Assembly: GCF_032444005.1 (NCBI RefSeq)
Contig: NC_091291.1
Coordinates: forward strand, 100,998,001 to 101,062,000
Reading direction: 5' to 3'
From: Ranitomeya imitator
Lineage: Eukaryota
DNA: 64,000 bases
Shown here: piece after piece, positions 48,018-60,940 of the stretch
Layout: every line of letters starts with the position of its first letter
How positions within the stretch are numbered: the first letter of the stretch is position 1
Position numbers and translations under genes: made by a program
The notes under the pieces: generated by a model
Seen by the model: the letters and a program-made list of their open reading frames with translations, nothing else
The model's database searches: none
Told to the model about the DNA's origin: nothing

Positions 48018-48304
48018 GATACATAAATATGACATAAAAAAAGATTTAAAAAAACGACATATGACTACTTAAAAAAAATAACACAAAGCAGAAAAAAATA
48101 GGAGGTAAAAGCACAAAATATAATTACCGTACATTAGTATTTTAGTATTTTCCTCATATTGCTGTACATGTGTTTGGGGGAGAAGTGGCTCAGTACTGGA
48201 CTGGTGGAAGGAACTCGGGGAGAACTAATGGTTCTTGGGTTAAGGGGAATAAATTGCTTGTTTTCCCCCAGGCATTGGTAACCCACGCTACACCAGTGGG
48301 TGCA

Positions 48305-48566
48305 CATGTCAGTGACAGGTCAGGGGGTCGTCACTTAGATGCACAATTTAATCCCATCCTGAGCAATGTGTGATTGGTGCAGGTCCCATCTTGTGGCCGG
48401 GGGTTCCCACACTCACATCCCCCCCCAGCAGCCTCTATTATCTCCTGTATTGGAGCAGATGGACACACGTCCATTGTCCCCGCTGCGGTGGGATTGGAGG
48501 ATGAGTGTGGGAACCTCTTGTAAGTCCGCTCTCCACACATCATTATGCAGGGAGAGGGGTATATAG
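48305..48566 (+). promoter_or_regulatory. hes5 copy 3 proximal promoter
   Basis: TTCCCACA 48404-48411; TGTGGGAA 48506-48513; TCTCCACAC 48530-48538; TATATAG 48560-48566. Confidence 0.82.
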
Positions 48567-48642
48567 AGGGGCGGCCGCTCACTAGTAGTCAGACAGCTCC
48601 TGCCCCACACAGCACAAGGCGACAGACTGCCGGACCTGCACC

Positions 48643-49374
48643 ATGGCCCCATGTAATATGAGGACCCCGGACCATCAGGCTGACAGTGGCCTCAGAAAGG
48701 TAATAGCCCCCGACTAGTGACAGCGTCACCCCCATATCTCTACATGTAGACACTTATAGGAACAGGAGTCTGATGTTTTACAAGTGATCTTAGTTGTCCT
48801 CCATAGACATGGACACTGGCGCAGGGGAATAATGAGAGATTCTTCTTCTTTTCTGCAGCTGAGGAAGCCGGTGATTGAGAAGATGAGGAGAGATCGGATT
48901 AACAGCAGCATTGAGCAGCTCCGCGTCTTACTGGAGAAGGAGTTTCAGAGACATCAGCTCCCCTCCAAACCGGAGAAAGCCGATATCCTGGAGATGACGG
49001 TCACCTTCCTGCAGCGGCACATGGCGGAGAGAGGTGAGTGTCGTGTCCGCGCTCCTCACACCCCTCATGTGTTTCTTACTGAGAGCAGAGCAGCCGGCGA
49101 TGGACGCTGTCACTGACATGTTGTCTTTCCTGTTCTAGATGTCACAGCCTCCAGCCAGACCCGGAGAGAAGGCTACTCCACCTGCGTCCAGGACACCGTC
49201 ACCTTCCTGACCCAGCACAAACAGGAGAAGCTCCAGATCCAGCTGCTGCAGAACCTCCCTGGGGCTCACACTGTGGTATACAGGGCCGTATCTGCTCCTG
49301 TATCTCCTGTCTACCAGACCCCCAACAAATACAGCCCCCCAGACAGCAGCAAAGCCTTGTGGAGACCCTGGTAG
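48643..49374 (+). CDS. hes5: hes5-like, copy 3 (exons 48643-48699, 48859-49033, 49139-49374; 155 aa)
   Basis: Intact splice sites and frame; ends KYSPPDSSKALWRPW-TAG. Confidence 0.95.
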
Positions 49375-49400
49375 TGACTGTATCCATTATGTGACTGGAC

Positions 49401-50021
49401 TGAGAGCTGTGTACCCCCAGTATACCTGAGAACTGGGAGCTGTGTACCCCTAGTATACCCGAGAGCTGTGTACCCCCATTATACCTGAGAGCTGTGTACC
49501 CCTGTATACCTGAGAGCTGTGTACCCCCAGTATACCTGAGAGCTGTGTACCCTCAGTATACCTGAGAGCTGTGTACCCCCAGTATACCTGAGAGCTGTGT
49601 ACCCCCAGTATACCTGAGAGCTGTGTATCCCCAGTATACCTGAGAGCTGTGTACCCCCATTATACCCAAGATCTGTGTACCCCCCGTATACCTGAGAGCT
49701 GGAGCTGTGTACCCCCAGTATACTTGAGAACTGTGTACCCCCATTATACCCGAGAGCTGTGTGCCCCCAGTATTCCTGAGAGCTGTGTACCCCCATTATA
49801 CCCGAGAACTGTGTACCCCCAGTATTCCTTAGAGCTGTGTACCCCCAGTATACCCGAGAGCTGTGTGCCCCCATTATACCCAAGATCTGTGTACCCCCAT
49901 TATACCTGAGAGCTGTGTGCCCCCATTATACCCAAGATCTGTGTACCCCCAGTATACCTGAGAGCTGGGAACTGTGTACCCCTTGTATACCCGAGAGCTG
50001 TGTGCCCCCAGTATTCCTGAG
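49401..50021. repeat. 26-bp minisatellite (tatacctgagagctgtgtacccccag), about 24 units, starting just after the copy 3 stop
   Basis: Read directly; same unit after copy 4. Confidence 0.95.
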
Positions 50022-51216
50022 CGCCGTGGATGTGATGTCTTCTGTCACTAATGTCTCATGTGATGGGAGATGACGTTCCTTCTGATCTTGGTGTAATTTC
50101 TCTGTGATTTTCTCATCCATCATATAATCTGCTGTCGGCTGCAGATCTCCTGTGTGCACTCGGTCCTATATCCTTCTATGAAGAACAGTCCTGGTCCTAT
50201 ATGGACCCATTGTAGGAATCTTCCCAGTGATACAATGTATCGGATTATATATAGTGTGTACTGGCTCTATAGAGAGTGATGTATTGTAGGTAGATATCAG
50301 AGCTCCAGTGCAAAGCATTGCAGAATAATGGAGGTGAGACCTCCGGCCTGATATACACTGTAGATATTATGTATCAGTCCTGTAATACTACAGACGTCTG
50401 TATAGTAATATATACATTATTGGATTCAGTATATAGATGTACTGTGTACAGCGCCCCCTATAGTTCACTATTATTAGTGGTAAATGTTCTGTATATTGAA
50501 TATTCAGTAAATTACCAGGAGGCATATGTTCTGTGTATGATCATGATTAATGATTATAATGTAATGCTGATGTGTATTATGCAGGATGAGGTCATATACT
50601 TTGCCATAGTATACAATATTTGTAGTAATTGCCTCCTTATAGTTCACTATGATTAGTGGTAAATGTTCTATATATTATACTGTATTATGTCCATCTGATA
50701 AATTATCAGAATATTCTAAATTCTATGAATTGTACATTATGTGATCTGTATTATGGATTATTATGCTCCATGGTTTTCCTATGTGGTATGCAATATTTGC
50801 ATCAAATGTTAGAAAGTTATGTATAATATACACTGTATGGTGCAATATTTGCAGTATTACATCAGTGATGTTGCGTATATTATACACTGACTGCGCGCGT
50901 CTGTATACTCTGTATACTCTTATCAGTGGACAATGTTCAGTTGTCATACATTGTGAGATAAGTTGCAATCAATAAAATAAATTATTATACATAAGTTGTC
51001 ATTAGTGTTGTGAGGTTGATACAATGGTGTTATCCTTAGTCCATCCCCTCCATCAAATTCAATTTTCGCTGGGGTCCCCTTTTTCAGAATGGTTTTTCAG
51101 TTATCGCCGCCCCTCTCCTCTGTGATTGACAGCTCTGGCTTTACAGGAGTCATAGGAGCACGGAGGCTGATGGAAAAGAAGTAGGTGAGTGGGTGTACTG
51201 AACTTTTAAGGCACTT

Positions 51217-51349
51217 AGGGTGCACACAGCATCTGTGCTTGGTATGAACAGGGTGCACACAGCATCTGTGCTTGGTATGAACAGGGTGCACACAGCATCT
51301 GTGCTTGGTATGAACAGGGTGCACACAGCATCTGTGCTTGGTATGAACA
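51217..51349. repeat. 33-bp tandem repeat, 4 copies
   Basis: agggtgcacacagcatctgtgcttggtatgaac x4. Confidence 0.95.
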
Positions 51350-52342
51350 GTCATTTTGTGCTGACAGTTGCACTCCCAGGAAAATTTAGATTTAGTCCCT
51401 TTGCATAAAGCGTGCTGTACAGTGTGTATGTGGTCATAGACGTCCTGATCACTGTCTTCTATGAAATCAGCACAGCTGCTCCTCTTCTCTACCTTGTGAC
51501 CACATTACAGATTAGCAGATCACACCGCAGATTCTTTGCTAGAGCAGAATTTGATTTTTTTTTAGTGTAACCCTATGAGACTTGCATAGAGGCGCTCATA
51601 GGATTACACTGAGAAAGTGACTTCTAGACCACAGAAAAGTCTCTGTGTGAGACCGCCGGTCTGAATAGCGGTCTCATGATGCAGAAAAGGATCGAGTATC
51701 GCTCATCTCATGAGACTAAACAGAAGGAAAAAATGTAACTTTTTCGCAAGAAACCCTACAGCCATAACTTCATAGCTACCATTGTGCCGCATTCTGCAGA
51801 ATATCCCACCCATCTTTCTTCAGCCCCCTCCAACATAAAGTCCCATATAAACAACATCAATCCCCTGTAGAGATGGTGCAAAACAAATCGCAGGACCCGG
51901 TCCATCCACCATGTCAGTATTCTGTGACCACTGTACAGGAGCCCTGAAAGCCATTTCTTATTTGATGGCATCCGAGGCTCTTCTTTTGATTAGCCGATGG
52001 TTCTATGTCATCTTTACCTCCGGTATAATGGTCACAGATTAATGACATGGCCAAAGGAATGGGTCCTGTTATTCCATTCGCCCCTGTAATATACAGCTGT
52101 GATCACACCAACATTACTCCATGGTATTGATCGGGATTAGCTCATATTTTATATCCAATAGCCGAAAGCCTAAAAATCCCATTTTAACCAACCCGAAATA
52201 AAATATAATGTAATAAATGCACATCGCCCAGGCAAAATGGAAGCTCAGATTGGCTGAAGATTGGCAATCATAATAATGAGGTCGCTCTGATGTCAGATGG
52301 GGAGGTTATATATAGTTTGTTTGGCCATATCAGTTTGCATTT

Positions 52343-52390
52343 GCCTCATTGCCCTGAGGAAGCCCATAAGGGCGAAACATGTTGGGAGGC
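52343..52390 (+). ncRNA. Type I hammerhead ribozyme motif
   Basis: GCCTC-attg-CC-CTGAGGA-A-GCCC-ataa-GGGC-GAAACATGTT-GG-GAGGC: stems I and II pair, palindromic ACATGT stem III, GUU site at 52381-52383. Confidence 0.65.
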
Positions 52391-52432
52391 TCTTTCTCTA
52401 ATTTAATAGCGCCTTATTCCACTGGTCATTAA

Positions 52433-53393
52433 CCCCTTAATGACAGCCAATACGTCTTTTAACTAACCTGAGATAAAAGAGACTAGCCTCCCCATACAGG
52501 GGACAATCTAGCAGCTGCTGGCTGTACTCTATAGCTGACAACTTGCTGCATCAGCCATGATCAGTGTTTGCACCGTCCAACTCTGTTTAACCCCTTAGAT
52601 GCTGCTGTCAATAGTGACTACATCATTATAAATGGTTAACAGAGTGTGGGGGCTTCCTATTTAACCAAATTGGTGTCCTCAGATCATGATTCTGTTGTCC
52701 TGATGTTTGCCATGGCAATTCATGACCAAATCGCGGCCTTAGAGTCTGATTGTTGTAGTAATCTGTTCAGACGTTAGAGACATTTAGGTGGTAAAAATAC
52801 ACATTTTCATTCCTATCATGCCACTTTGCATTAATTCCTGTAAAGCACCTGAAGAGTTAATAAACTACCTGAGAGCAGTTTTCAGTATGTCAGGGGGTGC
52901 TGTTTTTAAAATGGTATCACGTTTGGGGGTTTCACAATATATGAGACCCCTAAAGTCACTTCAAACATGGATAGGTCCCTAAAAAAATAAATTTTGTAAA
53001 TTTCCTTGAAAAAAATGAAAAATTACTGCTACATTTTTAATCCTCCTAAAATGCTAGCAAAATAAAATAACATTTTACAAATGGTGCTGATGTAAAGCCA
53101 ACATGTGGGAAATGTTATTTATTAATGGTTTGCTGTGGTATGGCTATCTGGATTAAAGGGATAATCATTCAAAGTTTGAAAATTGCTAATTTTTTAACAT
53201 TTTTCTCAAATGTTTTATATTTTTTATAAATAAACACAAAACATATTGACCTAAATTTACCATTATCATAAAGTATAATGTGTCACGAAAAAACAATCTC
53301 AAAATCACTGGGATTTGTTGAAGCGTTGCAGAGTTATTACCACATAAAGTGACACTGGTCAGATTTCAAAAATTTGGCTCCGTCACTAAGGGG
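52433..53393. mobile_element. Non-autonomous piggyBac-like element
   Basis: TTAA at 52429-52432 and 53394-53397; TIRs ccccttaatgac / gtcactaagggg. Confidence 0.78.
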
Positions 53394-54214
53394 TTAAACA
53401 ACACAAAATAGGATACAATCCTTGATGGTTAGATAATGGAGGGCAGTTCTTGTGCTTTATGCGAGTAATATAATGTGAGGCTTATGGAGCTGTACACCTT
53501 TGTAGCTACAAATAGGTAGATTTATCCATAGCATATTAAAATTGAATGGCTCAACCAGCACAGCAATGTGACTTCTTGGGACACATTATTTAAACATAGG
53601 TAGGACCAATAAGGAACACAGTGTAAGTGTATTGTGCACCTTAACATATGATTTGCATCAGTTACTCATATTTTTAATTTTGCAATTCAAAGTTATGTTT
53701 TATTTGGAATTGGTGAAAATGGGATTTGTTGGGTTTAAAATGTATATACAGCTCCATTCTGATGAATATAGGCATATCTAGAGGGGGGCTGACTGGGCAT
53801 CTGGCCCAGTCAGAGCCAGCAGGGGGCCAGTACGATTGAAGCCCTGACCGCCGAGTCAGGACGACTAAAGCATCGTAATCAGAACATGTGATAATCCTGC
53901 TGACGTCACTTGCCAGTGTCGCAAACAACATTGGTGGTAAGTGCTCCAGTGGAGCTGAAGATAGGTGTGCACAAATATGGAAAGTGGAAGATATTTGATG
54001 ACACAGTATGAAGAGCAAGGGGGAGATGGGCGGCATGTATGCAGACAGCGTCAGACTAGAGCACCTTGGGCCCACCAGGGAAAATCATTCTTGGGGCCCA
54101 CTATGTAGCTACATAGAAATACATTCAAGACCATCAATTGTGCGGTAAAACATGCTAATATCAGGGCATAATATAAGGTAGTACATGTCTTAATTATGTA
54201 GCAGGGGTTCGGGT

Positions 54215-54733
54215 AGCCCCCTCATAGAATATAAAGTAGCCCCCCTCATAGAATATAATGTAGCCTCCCACGGAATATAATGCAGCCCCCCATAGAATAT
54301 AATGCAGATCCCTCATAGAATATAATGCAGCCCCCCTCATAAGGTATAATGCAGCCCCGCCATAGAATATAATGCAGCCCCTCCACAGAATATAATGTAG
54401 CCCCTCAGAGTATAATGCAACCCCCCATAGAATATACTGTAGCCCCCTCATAGGGCATAATGCAGCTCCCCTCATATAGTATGATGTAGCCACCTGAGAG
54501 AATAATGCAGCCCCCACATATAATATAATGCAGCCCCTCCACAGAATATAATGCAGACCCCTCAGAGTATAATGCCAACCCCTCATAAGGCAGCCCCCCA
54601 TAGAATATACTGTAGCCCCCCATAGGGCATAATGCAGCTCCCCTCATATAGTATGATGTAGCCCCCTCAGAGAATAATGCAGCCCCCACAGAACTATAAT
54701 GTAGCCCCCTCATAGGGAATAATGCAGCCCCCT
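54215..54733. repeat. About 23-25-bp minisatellite (ccccctcatagaatataatgcag)
   Basis: Read directly. Confidence 0.9.
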
Positions 54734-54756
54734 TGAAAGGGTATAAAGCAAACCCC

Positions 54757-55880
54757 TCCACCATCATCATTGTTCTCCCCCTCCACCATTGTACTCATTA
54801 CCACCTCCATCATTGCCTCCTTCCCCACCACTATTGTCTTTTCCACCACTACCATCTTTGTCCTTTACACCACAACCATCATTGCTTTCTTCCCCACCAT
54901 CATCATTGCCTTCCCCACCACCATCATCATCATTGCCCCCACCACCATCATCATCATTGCCCTTACCACCATCATCATTGCCCCACCACCATCATCATTG
55001 CCTCCAGCACCATCATCATTGCCCCACCACCATCATCATTGCCTCCAGCACATCATCATTGCCCCCACCACCATCATCATTGCCTCCAGCACCATCATCA
55101 TTGCCTCCAGCACCATCATCATCATTGCCTCCAGCACCATCATCATTGCCCCCACCATCATCATCATCATTGCCTCCAGCACCATCATCATTGCCCCCAC
55201 CACCATCATCATCATCATTGCCTCCAGCACCATCATCATTGCCCCCAAAACCATCATCATTGCCTCCAGCACCATCATCATCATCATTGCCTCCAGCACC
55301 ATCATCATTGCCCCACCACCATCATCATCATTGCCTCCAGCACCATCATCATTGCCCCTACCACCATCATCATCATCATTGCCTCCAGCACCATCATCAT
55401 TGCCCCATCATCATCATTATTGCTTCCAGAACCATCATCATTGCCCCCACCACCATCATCATTGCCTCCAGCACCATCATCATTGCCTCCAGCACCATCA
55501 TCATGGCCCCCACCACCATCATCATTGCCTCCAGCACCATCATCATTGCCCCCACCACCATCATCATTGCCTCCAGCACCATCATCATTGCCTCCAGCAC
55601 CATCATCATTGCCCCCACCACCATCATTGCCTCCAGCACCATCATCATTGCCCCACCACCATCATCATGGCCTCCAGCACCATCATCATTGCCCCCACCA
55701 CCATCATCATTGCCTCCAGCACCATCATCATGGCCCCCACCACCATCATCATTGCCTCCAGCACCATCATCATTGCCCCACCACCATCATCATGGCCTCC
55801 AGCGCCATCATCACCTCCAGCACCATCATCATTGCCCCCACCACCATCATCATTGCCTCCAGCACCATCATCATTGCCTC
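54757..55880. repeat. (CAC/CAT)n-based compound repeat (caccatcatcattgcc(tccag/ccca))
   Basis: Read directly; source of the His/Pro/Ile-rich ORFs. Confidence 0.95.
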
Positions 55881-56546
55881 CCCCCACACACACACAGCTG
55901 CACACATGGAGGCAGAGATGCACACACAGACACACACACAGCCGCACACACGCACACAGCACCCACTCACCTCTCCGCCCGTTCCCAGCAGCTGCAGCAC
56001 ATCCCGGCAACCTTCTCGCTGACACAGCCGCGCTGAATGATGACGTCATCCAGCCGCGCTGATTCAGACAGGAAGTGCCGGGCAGGAAGGAGGACGGCGT
56101 GGATCCCTCTAACTCCGCTCTGGTCCCAAGCTGCAGGGATCACAATCAAGGATCACCACGCTTTAGGTGCCCACCTTCGGGGCCCCCCATTCAGCAGCAG
56201 CGGCGGGCAGTGTTAGCCTCAGCCTGCAGCTAAAGCTGCCCGCCATTAAAGTGCAATGATATTCACGCCTCTCCATGCTCATGGGGGCGTGGGGAAGCGT
56301 GAATATTAATTTCTCTTTAGCAGCGGGGACAGGCTCCCATCCATATGCATTCTGGCACCAGAAGGGCCCCCTTGACTCAGGGGCCCCATAGCAGCTGGGT
56401 GTGCCGCTATTAGTGACACTCCACTGGCTGGGGGGCCCCTGGAGCAGTGGGGACCCTAGGCAGCTGCTGGCCAATATGCCAGCAGGTGTCAGTGCCTGGG
56501 CCCACCAGAGAATCCTCCGGTTCTCCGGTGGGCCAGTCCGACCCTG

Positions 56547-57005
56547 TATGCAGAAACAGCATGAGGGGGAATGGGTGCAGACACAGTATGGTGAGAGGTA
56601 GGATGGATGTTGACAGTATGAGGAGTGTGAGGGAATATATGTGGACACCAAATGGGGAGGATGGATGCGGAAACAGTATGGGGAGTAAGGAAAGGGATGG
56701 GTGCAGATACAGTGTGGTGAGTAGGGAGATGGGTGTTGACACAGTATGAGGAGTGAGGGTGATGTGATGGGTGCAGACACAGTATGGGGAGTCGGGGGTA
56801 TGTGTGTGGAGACAGCATGGAAAGCGAGGGGGTAAATATGTTTCGAGACAGTATGGTTAGAGGAGGGGATGTGAAAGGAGACAGTCTGAGGAGGGAGGGG
56901 TAAATGTGTAAGGAGACTATTGAGGGGAATAGTGTGAGGAGACAGTATGAGGGGAAGTGTAAGTGGTCACAGAATACAGACTGAATAGTATGGGGGACAG
57001 TGTAA
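56547..57005. repeat. Degenerate purine-rich tandem repeat (…gacacagtatgaggag…)
   Basis: Recurring acagtatg motif every 30-35 bp; also seen at about 54000-54045, left of the hAT insertion. Confidence 0.65.
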
Positions 57006-58271
57006 CGTTGTAAGGTGAGAGAGTGACGTTCAGACACCTCTCTCCACGGAGATTACGTTTTTGACTTCTGTATTGGAATATGTGATTTTATTGTGCATAG
57101 AATCTCAGAGGCACTAATGTAATGCACCTCTCCATTACTAACCTCTGGGCTTGATGTCAGCAGGCATGTAACAGTTGACATCAACCCCAACTCTATTACC
57201 CCACTTGCTACCGCACCCGGGCAAGTGGGAAGAGTGAGGCTAAGTGCCAAATTTGGTGCATCTTATGGATACGCCATTTCTGGGGCAGCTGAGGGATGAT
57301 GTTCTTATCCTTGGAGGGGGCCAATATCCATGGCTCTTTCCTAGCCTATTAATTTCAGCCCGCAGCTTTCTGCTTAGCTGTTGCAGATTATTACCATAAT
57401 TATAGGGGGACCCCACGGCATTTTTTTGGGGTCTCCCATTTTAATAAGTAGACAGCTGTGAGCTGATATTAATAGCCTGTAAAGCTTCATGTTTATTACC
57501 CTTTTCTCAGGCTATAAACATCTGCCCCCAGATGTCGGCTTTCCCTCAGCTGGTTATTAAAAATTTGGATGACCCTTATGAGCTAAACACATGTACAGTA
57601 AGCTGCACTGTACTGATTATATATCTCAGTTACATATATCTATCTATATCTGAGATTGTTTTATTAGTTACTAAACTAGCTTGAAATGACAGAGAATTCC
57701 TGTATGTAAAAGTTGATGTTAAAAACACATTGTATATGGATTTGGGGGAATGCCGAACTGAATTCTTACCTTGTGTGCTGGAAAACCTGGATACACCTGT
57801 GAAGGATGGCATGGGAAAGATCACGCAGAATCCCACCTGCCACCATATGTAACGAATCCCACACTTCTATACTGTACCTGCCTGACATCTCTATTACGTC
57901 AGACTGATCATGTAATGCAGTTTCCTCACTATCACCAACGTGACGTTCTGCACCCCCTGGGGACAGGTGTGGTCAGCTTTGTACAGTTTTACACAGACAT
58001 CTCACTGTCCGCACGGACCCAGGGAGGCATGGGGAGTGAGAGGATGTGGCCCACACAGTCACTGACATGGCACCACACTCACTCACAACAAAAATATGCC
58101 TAAAAAAGAATATTGGTTATTTTAAGAAATATTTGATAGAGTAGAGTAGGGCCTGGACAAATAAGTCTGCCTTGTCTTGGTGGTGGCTTAAAAAATCTTT
58201 TGGCCAAAACAAAAGCGGATAGCTATATATGTGATATGGTGTTAGATGGGAACTGTTGCTGTGTGATTGGG

Positions 58272-59774
58272 TGTCACGGGGCTACCGCGACAGAGAGATT
58301 CCAGAGAACCGCAGCGCTCTGGGCCTCGTTCACACAGTGAACAGAAGCTCTTCACCTATATTTTGACCTGGCTGTTTTGTGCCAGCAGTGCAGGAGTTAA
58401 CCTTATTTGCTAAGTTAAACATAAACCATATAAGGTACCATAGATGAAATGGTGCTATCAGGACAAACTGCCGTACTCATGTCCGTGCACCAACAGGACT
58501 CTCCCTATTAGATATATACCACATTAGAAAAAATGGAGATAGGTCCAAGGATAACAAAATAACAACTTTATTAAATATATAACAACTATAATGTACAAAA
58601 TACAAAAATGCAAGACTAGGATCGGGAAAAGGAGGGCACAGGTCCCGACCAATGAGTTGGAAAAACGGCCAATATGGGGAAAGAAAGCAGGCTAAGTGCC
58701 GTCAATAGATAGAGGAAACCAGGGTAGTATATCCGTATTAAGTCCAATAACTAATTAGATCATTTGTATTATGTAGTGCGCACTACCTCCAAACTACAAC
58801 CCAGTTCGTACACTACCCAATCTGCTTACCCATGCTTATGCCAGGTCGGGACCGATGCTCCCCGCCGCCACCGACGCGCGTTTCGCCTTCTTTGTCAAGG
58901 TGCGGACAAAGAAGGCGAAACACGCGTCGGTGGCGGCGGGGAGCATCGGTCCCGACCTGGCATAAGCATGGGTAAGTAGATTGGGTAATGTACGAACCGG
59001 GTTGTAGTTTGGAGGTAGTGCGCACTACATAATGCAAATGATCTAATTAGTTATTGGACTTAATACGGATATACTACCCTGGTTTCCTCTATCCATTGAC
59101 GGCACTTAGCCTGCTTTCTTTCCCCATATTGGCCGTTTTTCCATCTCATTGGTCGGGACCTGTGCCCTCCTTTTCCCGATCCTAGTCTTGCATTTTTGTA
59201 TTTTGTACATTATAGTTGTTATATATTTAATAAAGTTGTTATTTTGTTATTCTTGGACCTATCTCCATTTTTTCTAATGTGGTACTTATTTGCTATTTGC
59301 TGTGAGCTGGGTCTCTCAGCTGAAGTGGATTTTTGTAATCTCCTCCTCTATATAGACCCAGCCTTGACTACAGCTAGTGTCAGTGATCAGTTCTGCCGCC
59401 TGGCTTGGAGGTTGAAGGAGAGTGATATTTGGAGCTTGGAGGTTTATTACAGAGATTGGTGTCTGCTGTTTTGGTTGCTTGTTAAACCTGTTTTACTTAC
59501 TAGTTTTCTCCTTCTCTTCCCTTCTATGTGTACCCTCTGTGGTTGTGTGAGCATTTGGTGAGTTTGAGACTTTTAGTTACCTTGTCTGTATACCCTGTTT
59601 ATTGTTGTGTTTATACACTGGTGCAGTCCTCCGTCCTCCTCCCTGGGGGGGAGAGGGGGCCACTTATAGGGCCTGCACAGGAGACAGGGATACGCTGGCG
59701 GCTCGGGCCTCCTAACCATCATAGGTACCCCCGATATAATGGAAAGCCAGGGCCCCATTAAAGTGGTAGGGACA
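58272..59774. mobile_element. Probable solo LTR interrupted by a Penelope-like insertion
   Basis: Termini TGTCACGG...AGGGACA; TATA-like ctatatag near 59349; no matching TSD found. Confidence 0.55.
58413..59284. mobile_element. Penelope-like insertion forming a 768-bp near-perfect palindrome
   Basis: 11-bp flanking duplication cttatttgcta (58402-58412, 59285-59295); arms 58517-58896 and 58905-59284 with about 7 mismatches; 8-nt spacer; GAAAC(A/G)CGCGTC next to the centre. Confidence 0.8.
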
Positions 59775-60857
59775 GGTGCGGGTCCCAGTACACCCTCCTG
59801 CCCCTTTAACGCCGCTTACGGCGTGACATTGGGAAGACAGAGTGCAGAATTGGAGATTTTCCATGTGTGGGTGGGGGAACTGTGGAAGGGTGGAGGCGGA
59901 GCTGGGGTGGAGCCTGGGCGGAGTCTCAAGGGGCCACAAAAAATTGCCAGTATGGGGCCCTGAAATTCCTGGTGGCAACCTTGTGCTCAGCTGAATAGCG
60001 CCTTGTGCAATATTGCCTTTTTGTCCCAAACCCCGTTGATTTTTTTACCAAGTTTTCCAGAACACATGAGAAGGTAGGAGAATTAATTTTATAGCCTAGG
60101 TTTGCTTTCTTCCTGCAATGGCTCCTATCCATCATAAGTCATCAAGATTTTTTGGTGTTTTTACACCATTCCCAACCAGCTCTGCTAACTTTTTGAAAAT
60201 TGGGCTGAGCCAGAACGTGACTTAGCAAAGCCTGGCCGAAAAAGTCATCATAAATGACTCCAAAACAGATGGCACAAAATACACCAGAAATGTACGTTAG
60301 CCCCTGACTGGTGTATCATTTCTATACAACATTAGTAAGATACATCAAATTCATTAAGAAGCACAGACCTCTTCATTTTTGGACCCTCACTCCAGTGCAC
60401 GTTTATTAAGACTAGTGTGCAAGAAGCCAGTCTTAATTCATCAAGGCCATAAATTAGTGCAGCGCTCTGTATTTACTTTAGGTCAACCAGGTGAAAATAA
60501 AAAATGATAACGGCGGTTTAAAGCAAGTTGGAATTGCTGCATACAATTTCGCAACAATTTGGGGGGAAATCTGTAAAAATCTAAGCCGAGTCGTGTGGAT
60601 ATTGGTGCAGATTTGCCACTGATTTTCCTGCGTTATAAAAAGAAGAAAGTCAATGACTTTGAAATCAACAGCAAAAAATACCAATCATTGTACAGAATGC
60701 ACACCTCAGCTGCTGCAGAACATCATAAAACACACCGAGAAGCCAATATCACATTTAATTGCTGCAATCGTTTTCCTTTACCTTTACATGATGATTTGGT
60801 GCTGAGATCGAAGTGAAAAAATATCAGTTTCTTATGTGTGCAAATATCACAAATAAT

Positions 60858-60940
60858 GTGAGCCCCAATGGGCACAGTGATTACCATGTCTGTAAAGCGC
60901 TGTAGAATACAATGGTGCTATAAAAGCATAATAAATAAAT
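60858..60940 (+). mobile_element. L2/SINE 3' tail fragment
   Basis: tgtgagccccaatggg...tgtaaagcgctgtagaatacaatggtgctataaaagcataataaataaat. Confidence 0.65.

Larger units (their letters stand above)
54046..56546. mobile_element. Non-autonomous hAT element carrying two tandem arrays
   Basis: 8-bp TSD TATGCAGA (54038-54045, 56547-56554); termini cagcgtcagactag / ccagtccgaccctg. Confidence 0.8.

Noticed and set aside
54733-56062. His-, Pro- and Ile-rich ORFs of 415-430 aa
   Set aside because: All three frames are open because of the CAC/CAT repeat inside a hAT element; no splice or start context.
58266-59780. TSD for the putative solo LTR
   Set aside because: Flanks TGGG and GGTG do not match, so boundaries remain tentative.
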